Shown piece after piece: positions 12,778 to 24,639 of a stretch of 64,000 nt of DNA. Position numbers and translations under genes: made by a program. This stretch comes from Glaucostegus cemiculus (taxonomy: Eukaryota), in the NCBI GenBank assembly GCA_976551045.1, contig CDPCPM010000241.1:7626001-7690000 (forward strand), in the 5' to 3' direction. The notes under the pieces are model-generated. The model saw nothing but the letters and a program-made list of their open reading frames with translations. It ran no database searches and was not told the DNA's origin. The first letter of the stretch is position 1; every line of letters begins with the position of its first letter.

Positions 12778-13330
12778 TTGGTATTGGTTTATTATTGTTA
12801 CTTGTACCAAGGTACAGTGAAAAACTTGTCTTGCATACCATTCGTACAAATCAATTCATTACACAGTACATTGAGGTAGGTACAGGGTAAAAACAATAAC
12901 AGAATACAGTAAAGTGTCACAGCTACAAGAAAGTGCATTGCACACAATAATATGCAAGATCATAAGGTAGATTGTGAGGTCAAGAATCCATCTAGCGCGA
13001 CGCTGTTACAGCGCCAGCAATCGGGGTTCAATTCCCGTCGCTGACTGTAAGGAGTTTGTATGTTCTCCCGTTTCTGCGTGGGTTTCCTCTGGGTGCTCCG
13101 GTTTCCTCCCACATTCTAAAAGATGTACAGGTAGGTTAATTTGGGGGTTTAGAATGGGTGGCGCAGACTCGTTCGGCCGAAAGGGCCTGTTACCACACTG
13201 TAAATAAAAAAAAATTTAAAAAAAACTTCAATAGTCTTATCACCATGGATCCTTGAGCCTGGTGGCACATGCCCTCAGGCTCCAGTATCTTCTGCCTGAT
13301 AGGAGAGGAGAGAGAATGACCTGGGTGGGT
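12778..13330 (-). mobile_element. Rex1-like 3' fragment (second subfamily) interrupted by a SINE
   Basis: Reverse complement of the 37600-38950 element tail (acaataataaaccaatacc). Confidence 0.7.
12993..13225 (+). mobile_element. Young tRNA-derived V-SINE (HE1-like), 5'-truncated
   Basis: B-box-like ggttcaattccc, V-domain gggtttcctctgggtgctccggtttcctcccaca, A-rich tail. Near-identical copies at 23479 and 54460. Confidence 0.8.
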
Positions 13331-14216
13331 CATTTGAAATGGGCTTGGGGGGTGGGGGGGGAGCAGTGGAACTTGTTGGGGCAGAGTTGAAAGTGTGGAG
13401 AGTGGAGGGTTGCAAAGGATGAAAAGTTATTAATGGATGTGTCCGTTAAGGGTCCCTGTCCAGAGGTACACAGTGACGACCAGGTTGCCTCTGAAGTGCT
13501 CAACAATGGTTGCTGCTGGGACAGCTCAGCCCCCAGTATGCCGCAGAAGAGATTTGCATTTGGAATGGCATCATGCCATTTGTTCTTGAGATACATGGAA
13601 GTACAAGGGTGCTTTGTTGAATTTCTGGAGTGACATTGGGAAAGCTTACCTGAGAATGGTCGTTATTGTTTTTCCCTCCAAGAAAGAATCAGTTTTGAAT
13701 CAAAAAATGGAAATAAAAGCAGTTATGTGATTGAAACTCAGGTTTTTTTTTGCAGAGCCCCTGTGTTATTAAAGCAGGTGACTACAACTGAACAGTGACA
13801 CTTATTAGTCCAGTTAATGTTTTGTTGTAGTAGTGCAATTTTTAGTAATACTATTCATTTATGCAGAGACCAAAAAACAAAATTACAATGAAGGAGGACA
13901 AAGAACACATAACAATCAGAGTGCAAAATTCTCACAAACTCCTTACAGTGGTTGATTAAATTCACCCAGCTACTGTTTTTGTTGCATTCATCTTCTGAAA
14001 ATATGTGTCATTGAGTTTTTTTAAACTAAGATTAATTAAATAAATGTTTTCTGAACAACCTGATATTTTCAAGGAGTGCTTTCTGTCTGTTCTGATTTAA
14101 AATGATTTCCATGCAACATAGAATGAATCTAATTGAATCCATTTGTAATTATCCATTGGCTTCTGCAGAGGTGATCTTTTGGCACTGCTATATATTTACT
14201 GTCTGTTTTAATGTAG

Positions 14217-14345
14217 GATGAGCTGACTACAACAAAAAGAAGCTACGAAGATCAGTTGAGTATGATGAGTGATCACCTTTGCAGCATGAATGAGACTTTA
14301 TCAAAACAAAGGGAAGAAATTGACTCCCTTCGAATGGGCAGCAAG
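14217..14345 (+). CDS. PPP1R21: PPP1R21 penultimate coding exon (DELTTTKRSYEDQLSMMSDHLCSMNETLSKQREEIDSLRMGSK)
   Basis: Acceptor aatgtag, donor gtaaac at 14346; 129 bp. Nearly identical to the recalled human C-terminal coiled coil. Confidence 0.95.
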
Positions 14346-15681
14346 GTAAACCCAGCACACTATTGTGTCTTTTGATCATAATAGCAGCCTTTAAATTAAT
14401 TCATTGAATTGATTGACAAACCACTGGGAAACTGCAAATTTGATCCAATATTAATAAATTTAGTACTTGCAAATAGAATACAACATTCTACACTAATGCT
14501 GTAAAGATTGGTACTTAATCAAATAAAATCAAACTCTTCATAAAATTACTTAGTCAAACTGAGGATACTATTATGGCCCCCAGTCCTGTTGAAGTTCTGA
14601 GAAGCCCTTCTACCAGCACCGATCCAATGATGCATTGTCTGTTTCAAATCTGATCTCCTCCCTCTTCTCCAATTTCTTGGCATTCCAGTATGCACTCTGC
14701 CATTATTCCTTAGTGAACAGTGATGGATTGGTGCTTAACTTTTGAAAAGCTTGCACATTGGGAGAGTTTCTGGGCTAAGAGCCAATAAGAATCTATTTTA
14801 ATTTAGTGCAGTTTTTGAGATGGAAAGCCCATAGTAAATGTAGTGTACAGATGGAGGAGGATGACTTTTGCCATGCACATGAGTAGACCAGGAGAAAGAT
14901 GGAAAAGTAGACAAATAGGAACTTTTGATAAAGGCAATTTCCTGGAGAGGAGAAGAGTCAACTTTATATTTACTTTATCTTCTGCAGATTGGTGACAACT
15001 TTCTGAGCAGCTGGAGATGAATTTGTACAACAGTATCTGAGTTGCAGTGACCACCCTGTTTCTACAGTTGTATAGCATTCAAAATCATTATTAGCACAGG
15101 AGACCACTTGGGCCATTGGGTTTCTGCTGGCTTTTTGCACATCAAATCTAGTCAGTTATTTCTAGGCTTATTTCCCTATGACCTGCAGTTTTTCTTCTCC
15201 CTCAAATATCCATCCAATTCCTTTTTGAAAACCATATGTTTTCAACACCCATGCAGGCAATGATTTGCAAATCATGACAACTCTCTGTATAGGAACAAAA
15301 ACTGTCCTCTTATCCTAAATGAATGAGAATCTTTTTTTGAGAAATGTTAATAAAAAAATTGTGGTGCAGGTTGTGGAAGTACAACCTGGGTTCCAATTTT
15401 TTTCTTTGTAATCTGATAAAAGTGTGTGGAAGGGAAACTCGGAATATTTTTAGCTCATAAAAGTGCTGAAAATACAGGATTGATCAAGCAGCTAAACAAT
15501 ATTTGCACAATCTGATGCTAACTTGATTTCATTTATTTGGCTTTTAGCTTGCATTTTCTCTTCCAGTTGATTAAAATGCTTAAAACAAGTCTGCTTCTTT
15601 GACTGGGTTTGGATTAATTTTTACTTAGCATTGTACCTCTAACTAAATTATAGATTTCGCCAACTGCAATTATCTTGCTCA

Positions 15682-16110
15682 AGAACACAAGAAAATAGGA
15701 GCAGGGGTATGCCACCAGGCTCCTCAAGCCTACTCTGCCATTCAATATAATCATGGCTAATCTATGCTGGCCTCAACACCTCTTCTGTGCCAGTTCCCCA
15801 AAACCTTCAATTGCTCAATCTTTCAGATATTCATCTATCCCCACTTTAAAAATAAAATCTAATTATTTGGCCTTCACCACCCTTGGGGGCAGAGAATTTC
15901 ACAAATTCATTACCCTTTGAGAAGAGTAATTTCTGCACACCTCAGTTTTAAATAACCAGCCTCTTATTTTGTTACTGTTACTTTCCCACCAGTGAGAACG
16001 TTTCAACATCTACCCTATCAAACCTCGCAGGATCTTATGTATCTGAATAAGGTCATCCCTCATTCCTCTGAACTCCAAGGAATACTGAACCAAGCTGCCT
16101 ATCCTCTTGA
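15682..16110 (-). mobile_element. Decayed CR1 3' fragment
   Basis: Similar to 51478-52232 (aagaacacaagaaaatagga...ctctgccattcaatataatcatggct). Confidence 0.65.
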
Positions 16111-16456
16111 TAAGACGTGCACCATGTAAACTATAACTTGCTGGAACCTTGTGTAGCCAGCTGGAAAGAAATCAAAGGATGAGTCTGCACCTAATGACTA
16201 GCCAGTGATATTGCCACTTGAGTCAGGAATTGTTAGATGGCACAGAATATTTGTAAAAAAGGAAGTCAAGAAAATACACAAAAAACGTGCATACCTTTGT
16301 TCTCACTTTTTGAGGAGATTTTCAAAATGCACAAAAATTTTTATTTGTTCTGCTACACTTCTTAAAATCCAGCTTTCATTAGAAAGGTGTCTACACAAAT
16401 AACATTAGTAATACCCTTCACTGATCAACCATTTGTATTCTTGTTCTGTCCTGAAG

Positions 16457-16486
16457 GGTACTACAAAGAAAAACAGAAGTCGATAA
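16457..16486 (+). CDS. PPP1R21: PPP1R21 last coding exon (GTTKKNRSR*)
   Basis: Pyrimidine tract then ctgaag acceptor; TAA at 16484-16486. Recalled human C-terminus is GNSKKNKSR. Confidence 0.88.
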   Translation, partial: GTTKKNRSR

Positions 16487-17098
16487 CGTCTGAAGTACCA
16501 CTCAAGTCAAAGGTCTGTGCACAAAAGAGGCAATCACTGTTATCTACAAGAAAGTTTGATGCCAAATGAAGAATTAATGCAGTTCATGCTGGGAGTAAAA
16601 GTGTGGTGATAACAGTGGAATTGTAGAGCTGAGAAATCAAAAAATTCTACCTAAAGGGATTTTTTTTTAACCATTCCCTAAAATTTTAGTAACATACTCT
16701 GGCACTTAAAACATATCCAAAAATAATGTACCTGTGAAATTTCCATTCAATATGTAATTTGTAACAGTAGCTTTTAAATCATTTTACTTGTGTAAATCCA
16801 TAAAGATGGTTTTGTACATTGAATTATGTGACAAGCTGTGTGGTAATTGTGTAACTATTTCTTAAATGAAAAAAATACAGCATATTGTGCCTGGCGGCAA
16901 GTGTTTTGATTTCTTAAAATGTGGAGCACAATTCTAACTGTTCCATTTTACCCCTGCTTTTCTTCCCCAGTGTCTATAGACTGCTCATCCTGCATCACTT
17001 TTTATTTTCACCAACTCACATTGTTCTGCTGTTTCCTCCCCCCAGAACATCTGAGTGTGAAAATCTATTCACTGAATAATGTTAATGGAAAAGTAATC

Positions 17099-17104
17099 AA
17101 TAAA
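17099..17104 (+). terminator. Probable PPP1R21 polyadenylation signal (3' UTR about 16487-17125)
   Basis: AATAAA about 610 nt after the stop, followed by a T/GT-rich stretch (gttttatgttatt). Confidence 0.55.
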
Positions 17105-20100
17105 ACAAAACACTGAATTGTACACCTAATGTTTTATGTTATTATTCAACTGAAACACTGGCTTGTTCAGCATTTCTTATAGCTATTTAGATGAAAGGCA
17201 TGCATCCACACAGCACCTTTTCAGTCTGTAGCTGCAAAGTACTTTATACTTCAAAAGTGCTTCATTAGAAGTCCTGATCACTATTATAGAATTCTCAACC
17301 AATTTGAACACATTCCCATAAACAATATTGTCATAATGACTAGATAATTTTCTTCGGTATTGATTTTGATCAACTTGACCAAAACAATATCTTGGGATTT
17401 ATTCAGCAAACCTCAGTTAGATTTTTATCATTAAGTCATACAGCATGGAAAAGGGCCCTTTGGCATATACCATGTTCACACCAACCATTAAGCACCCATT
17501 AACACTAATTCTACACAAATCCCATTTTACTCTTGCTATGTTCCCATCAACTTCCTTCTACTGCTTGAAATTCCAGTTTCTACAACAGCAGTTTATTCAA
17601 ACAAAAAGCATATTCCGTAGTCATTAATTAATTACAGTTGCTATATAAAAGAATTCACCCTTGAATTAAAATTGCATGCTTTGTTTCAAATTGCTTAATA
17701 TAGTTTTTCTTTAAGTTAAATGTTCCTAATGATGCATTTTAGAAATTTAAATTCAATTCTCTTGCAGTTTTTTGTCTTTCCCCCTCATTCTACTTCCCTC
17801 CTTCACGTGAGCTAATTTGCTGAGTTACCTTGGGAATGTCTAGCATCTTGACAACATGGCAATTAGTCACAGATTATAACTGAAAAATTAATGTGTTTGG
17901 TTATCACTGGATTTTCATTATTGAATGAGCAGTTTTACTCAGTATTAAGAATATTCAGTATGTGTTGTGTGCATGGCCAATACTTTTTAAGTAGTTCCAG
18001 TTCCTAATAAAGGATGCTGTTGAAACTAAACTGAAAAGGCCTGAAAGAATTAAGACCATATTAAACGCCATGCAATGAATCCAGAAAGAACACATTATAC
18101 GATGGACGTTCTTTGCTAGTATGATGAATCGAGCTTAACAATAAATGTGATATATCTCCATTTCTGCTTGGGGAGAGAATGGTGAGGGGTGAGAAAATAA
18201 AATGCAAGATGGGTTGGGATAATTAAAACATACCATTTATCAGTTTTGGTTATTAATTGCAGGGTGGAATTGTTCCGATTGGCTAATTAATTAAAATGAC
18301 ATTTTCTAATGAGACAATAGAGGGTTTTGCACCATTTACAAACTGGTAGGTCATTTCCAGATGTAATTTTATTGATTGTGTTCTCAAGCACCTAATCCAC
18401 TTGAAGCAGAACTATCAAAGCCAAATTAAACTTCCCTGCCCATAACCGGATGGGGGGAAAGAGTTGCAAGGAGACTGAAGTTGAGAAGCTGGGTTGGGTA
18501 TAGCCGTTTAAAGATTGAAGAAGATTTAAAGCAGCCAGGAAATTCAGGTAGAACGGTTGATCCTGCTTCTGAAAGTGTATCCTCCCAGAATATAACACTA
18601 ATATCTCAACATGAATGGAAACATTGTCAACCATAGCTCATGAGGACCAGGTTACAAAGGCTTTGCTAATCATTGATATTTGGATTATGTAATAATAACT
18701 ATCTCTGTCAATTATTTAAGAAGTCACTCGAGTAGTGTCACCAATTTGACCACTCTATTTTATACTCAGTTCATTAATGCTGACTTACAGTGATGTTAAA
18801 TTACTTAAAAGCTTGTTTTAATAAATTGCTGGATCACAGATTTTAAACTCAAACCCAAATTTAATGAAACTATCGGTTAGTATGAGTATGTTTCAATGAG
18901 CAGACTTTGTCATCATTCACATTTTGACCTTAAGCTGATCCATCAACTCCAAAAAGATTTTTATCGATGAAAGGATATCAAGCATTCAGCTGGTTTGTGG
19001 CATGCATTGCTGGAATATTGCTACACATCCTGGCAAAAATATGGTACGTTTAGGATTGTATGTGATGAAGCCAATAGACATTATCTGGATTTAAACTTTC
19101 TGGAGTGACTCAATGTCTCTGCTAGCTTATGGAGTCGTACAACATGGAAACAGTTCTTTGGCCCAACTGGTCCACATTGACCAAGATTCCCATCTAATTT
19201 AGTCCCATTTGCCTGTGTTTGGCCCATATCCCTCTAAACCTTTCCTACCCATGTACCTGTTCAAGTACCTTTTTAAATGGTGTTAATGTACCTGCCTCAA
19301 CCATTTCCTCTGGCAGCTCATTCCATATACTGACCACACTATGGGTGAGAAAGTTGCCCCTCAGGTTCCTATTAACCTTCAATGCATTAATGTATCCTTA
19401 AAGAAGAAGCTTTCCTGCACTGTCCTGATGTGTTCATCTTAATATGTTGTTGAAGGAAAAACAATGGAGACCCATTGTTTGCCTCAAAGGGAGCAAGTAT
19501 TTCTTCTGGCTGCTCAGCAGAATCTCCAAGCAGCTCCTGGTAAAGTTGAACAACAAAGTTATGGACATCCTATCAAGTTCTTTCTACAACACCAAGTAAG
19601 CCAGGGATGTGAGGCATGGAGCAGTTGATGGGAAAGAGAGATTCAGGTGCTGAGATCTGGAGCAAAAAGTAAACTGCTGGAGGAACTCAGTAGGTCAGGC
19701 AGCATCTGTGGAGGCAAAGGGATTTTATAAATTTCAAAAATAAACTTTAGTTTTTTCCTTTTTGGGTATATTTATTATGAATAAAGATTTTGCACTTTCT
19801 TAATTTTATTTGGCCAATACATTTAATGTTAACACTTTAAACCAGAGTACCATTGCCACTCATGTGGGCCCATGGGGTGATGCATTCTTTCAATATTTGT
19901 GGGGCTTCCCCACCCAACTCAACCCCTCCATGTCCAGTAGTGGAAGGGCCCTGGACTGTGGTTCTTTATGTCAGGTTGAGATAAGAACAGCCGGTTCATT
20001 TGGCTGAAGTACATTTACACCAACACATTCAATTATAGATGAAAATACTGGCATTTTACTTGTTATACCTTGGCTGAAAGGATTCTAGTGTTGTCAGCTG

Positions 20101-21763
20101 TCTTCACTATAATAGTCCAGAGCAATTCATTGTCAAATCCATTTGAATCTATCAATAGTAAACATTAACTTGCCAATTTGTGAGTTAAGGAGAGTGTCTC
20201 TCTCCATGTCACCGTGCAGAAATCATACCTTGATTTACAAAGTGAGAGGATCAAAAATTGTGAATGATGGATCCCAATTAAAAAGAAAAAGGTGGAAATG
20301 TGCCTCTTGTCAATCAGCATCTGAAAGAGAAAGATGGTCCAACATTTGTGCATAATATTTCATTAATTAAAGCAACACAACATTGTACCAAAAGTCTTTA
20401 TTAATGTGATTGTAACTAGTGCGAATTTTCTATATTTTGTGGCTGCACTTTTACTATTGGGGAATGTTTTAAATAAAAATGAGTGGTAATCACTTTGATT
20501 TCTTGGACCACTGTGCCATCATGTGTGTTGATCTGTTGGACCACACCTTATGACTCCACTGCCTTGACTTTCTTATAGTCAATTCCCAAGTTTAAGGTCT
20601 ATAATGCCTTTTGTTCATCTATTGCTGTTGCTTCTAAGCTTTAGAGAAGCCATTTAGTGTACTGCTGGCTTCTCAAGTTTAACCTTTTTGCTCTAGAAAG
20701 TCCTGGATAAAAAACCATTTACTTTTGGGGTGAAGTGCATTTTTTTTTTGCTGCTTTCTGGATCTTAATGTCATTTTGTCACTGCTCCAAGTGATCATTC
20801 CCTGCTGGTTTATTTATTCCAGTGCCTAGTTTTATGAGGGCATAGTTTATGTGTCCCCACTGGGACTTTTCCCCCTCTGCTCTGGTGGTTCTGACCCATT
20901 CCTCTTCCTTTTCATGTGTTCCATGTTTTGCTCCCTTGCCATAGAGTGAGTTCACCTCCCCCATCAGCTGAGACCACTGTGTCTGTGCACAGGGCTCCTT
21001 TATCAACCTTGTCTCACCCTTGGCTCTTATATTGAATCTCCTGGACTGTACATTCCAGATCTGCAATCTATGCCTCTCCATCTTTTTAAAAGAATTTCCT
21101 TGAAACACGAATCTTTGACTTTTGGCAACCCTTACAAAATCTCCTTCAGTTCACTATCCATTTATTTCAGATTATGCTTGTATAATGTTTCATAATCTCA
21201 TTTTATATATCAAAGGTGCTATATCAATGCAAGTTATTGATGGAAAAAGGTTGTTTTGTCTTAATCCTAAACATTTTCTTAAAATGTCTGTGTATACAAA
21301 CAAGTTTGATTTACTTTTCTTTGCTAAATGCAAAATTGGCAAGATCCCAGCAAGCTATTTACTATGACTGAACTGGACAAAATTCTTTCTCACTCATGCC
21401 AGGGCAATAGTTTGTGCCAGCTGTTTCATATCAAATGTACATTATCATTACCAATCTATAGTTTCCATAAATTTGTATAATTTGGTACTATTTAAGGTGA
21501 TTCACTATCACACAGTGAATCAGACATCAACCCAAGTAGTCCATGTAACCTTGCTTGACTCCTTGACTACTGAGGTGTTGCTTACTCCCCTGGACACTGA
21601 GTATGTTATAATTGGCCTCCATACCACTTAGCTTGTAAGCGGAAAATTTTAGACTTGTTTCCCATGACTACTGACTCTGGTAATGAGAGTATAGTTATTG
21701 GCAATGTTTCAGGTGTTTTTTTTTTAATTGACCAAAACATTTTAAATTTAATGGTGTAGCATA

Positions 21764-22411
21764 ATAGAAACATAGAAAACTTACAGCACAATTTAGGCCC
21801 TTCGGCTCACAAAGCTGTGCTGAACATGTCCCTACCTTAGAAATTACTAGGCTTACCCATAGCCCTCTATTCTTCTTAGCTCCATGTGCCTATCCAAAAG
21901 TTTCTTAAAACACCCTATCATTTCCATTTCCACCACCGTTGCTGGCAGCCCATTGCAAGCACTCACCACTCTCTGAAAAAAAAACATACCCCTGACATCT
22001 CTTCTATACCTACTCCCCAGCACCTTAAACCTATGTCCTCTTGTGGCAACCATTTCAGCCCTGGGGAAAAGCCTCTGACTACCTAGCCGAACAATGCCTC
22101 TTATCATCTTATACACCTCTATCAGGTCCCCCCTCATCCTCTGTCACTCCAAGGAGAAAAGGCCGAGTTCCCGCAACCTGCTTTCATACGGCACGCTCTG
22201 CAATCCAGGCAGCATCCTTATAAATCTCCTCTGCACCCTCTCTATGGCTTCCCGTAGTGAGGTGACCAGAACGAAGCGCAGTACTCCAAGTGGGGTCTGA
22301 CCAGGGACCTATATAGCTGCAACAATACCTCTCGGCTCCTAAATTTAATTCCCTGACTGATGAAGGACAATACACCATATACCTTCTTAACCACAGAGTC
22401 AACCTGTGCAG
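21764..22411 (-). mobile_element. CR1 3' fragment, same family as 58742-61416
   Basis: MRGDLIEVYKMIRG...RLFPRAEMVATRGHRFKV; tail atagaaacatagaa. Confidence 0.85.
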
Positions 22412-22589
22412 GCTCTCAATTTCTCAATAATGTTGTAAAACACCAGGATATTCAAATGTTAAATTGTGATTTTCAGTAATTTTTCACTTAGTAAGTTAAA
22501 AGAGTATGGTGAAAAAATTTAAACCCACTCTACATTTAATGTAGATAATTGTCTCTCACTATTGACAGGTACAGTATCTCCCACAATTG

Positions 22590-23165
22590 CCAGGTATGAT
22601 AGTGGCATAATATACAAACTGTAATCCAGAGACCTGTACAAATAATGGAGATCTAAACTCAAAACCTACCACGGCTGCCGTGAAATTTAAATTCAGTTAA
22701 TAATATGGAAGAATACAAAGCATCAACAAATCTATGTAACAAAGACCATGAACACTGCTGGACTGTCTTAAAGACTTATCTGGTTGGCTAATACCTTGTG
22801 AGAGGAAATTTGTCCTCCTGTGCTGTTGTACCATCTACCAATCGCACTGCCCTTACTCACTGAGGCTAATCCAACAACACCTCCCAAGCCTGCATCCTCT
22901 ACCACCAAGAAGGATAAGGGCAACAAATGCATGGTACGTCAACAGCTACAGATTCCCTCCAAGTTGCACACTGTGCTAACTTTGAAATATATTGCAAGAC
23001 CTTCGTTGGTTGCTGGATCTAAAGCCTGGAACCAACTGCCAAGCAGCATTGTGTAAGTACCTTCAGCAGAAGGCCTGCAGCCCTTCATTAAAGGCAGCTC
23101 ACCACTAAGGGCAATTAGGGCTGGGCAATAAATGCTGGCTTTGCCATCAGCACCCAGCTCCCAAT
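22590..23165 (+). mobile_element. Old SINE/L2-like composite
   Basis: Ends gggcaattagggctgggcaataaatgctggctttgcc. Its 3' half resembles 4540-4800. Confidence 0.5.
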
Positions 23166-23478
23166 TGTTTTTTTAAATTTGAATTCCCCCAGACCTGCTC
23201 TTCAGCTACATAATGTGTGTGACCAGAAAGACACTAGAGTAAAAGTTCAGTTCCCTCTCCATGGAGCCATCCTATCATCCTTTGGCTCTGAATCTAAGGC
23301 CATTCTTGCTCAAAGGTACAAACTAATGGGATTTGGTGGAAGATGACGTTGGGTCCAACGTTGAAGCCCGATGGATAAGTAGTTTGCAAACACTTGCTAC
23401 CTAATAGACAATAGACAATAGGAGCAGAAGTAGACCTAACAGACAATTTGCCTTTTTAAGAGAGCTACTAAAGATCAA

Positions 23479-23710
23479 ATTTTTTAAAAAATTTTATTTA
23501 CAGCGTGGTAACAGGCCCTTTCGGCTCAACGAGTCTGCACCGCCCATTTTAAACCCACAATTTAACCTACCCATACATCTTTTGGAATGTGGGAGGAAAC
23601 CCACGCAGACACGGGAGAACGTACAGACTCCTTACAGTCAGCAACGGGAGTCAAACCCCAATTGCTGGCGCTATAACAGCATCGTGCTAACTGCTACACT
23701 ATCGTGCCAC
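23479..23710 (-). mobile_element. tRNA-derived V-SINE (HE1-like)
   Basis: Reverse complement of the 12993/54460 family. Confidence 0.8.
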
Positions 23711-24639
23711 CTCAACAGGTGTTTATGACAGCTCAGGAGGAGTAGAAAGCTTTAGGGGAATGGGAGAGAAAAATTAGTCACAAGACTGGATGTAATATAC
23801 CAACCTTTTCTACATGAACAGCTGAAGCCAGCAAATTGGCAGATCATGTGGAACTGGCAGGAAATGAGCAGGCCAAAGAAAACAAAATTCCTGAAATATT
23901 TCTTTTATTTAGAAATTCAGCCTCAAGATTTTGGTAAGGGTCCAGGATCAAATAATTTTAAATGCTGTCATTGAGAGAACTGGATCCTAGTACCAGAAAA
24001 TACACAAGATTATTTTTAAATTATTACCTAAAGCTGAAAGCCACATGTTTGAAAAGATCCAGATAATTTCAACCGGAAATGATATTCAGGCAAACTCCTG
24101 CTGTCTAATTTAGATTAGAATGAAGTCTTGTTGTCTGGTGGGTTTGGAAGAAAACATGGGCAAAAACTTATGAGGTATTCTTTCAATAGTCCTTATGTGA
24201 CTATTAAGGTTTTACTGATCAAACACTGTGAATGTAATATAGGCAGGACATAAACCAAATAAAGAAATGAAATCTCTCAGTATTGGCCAAAAATTTCCCT
24301 CAGCCACAAGTCCAGAAGAACACTTCTGGTGTGTCATGTGATATTTTGCTATTTCCTTGCAATAGCCCTTACTCATCTCAATGGCTTACTGATTCTGCTT
24401 GCTATTGTTATAATAAAACCACCAGTGAGGAAATGAAGAACTCTTTCCCTGGTCTCTGTTTGTTGACAGCTGAGGGCTGTTACAGGCCATACATTGTGAC
24501 AGGGTCAACACACTGTACCCGAGGCTAAGCTCAAGTTAGTGATAGGAGGGACCTGGGTTTCGTCTGGCAGAGCTGGGGTAAGTGGGGAAACCACAGAGCT
24601 GGAAAAGAGAGAGAGAGAGAGAGACAGTGATAGATGGTT

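Noticed and set aside
19453-19600. Short ATG-initiated frame (METHCLPQREQV...) ending at a gtaag donor
   Set aside because: No recognisable homology, promoter or downstream exon; consistent with chance.
23403-23440. aatagacaatagacaatag micro-repeat as a regulatory motif
   Set aside because: It matches the extreme 3' tail of the CR1 family at 6682, so it is an abortive insertion.
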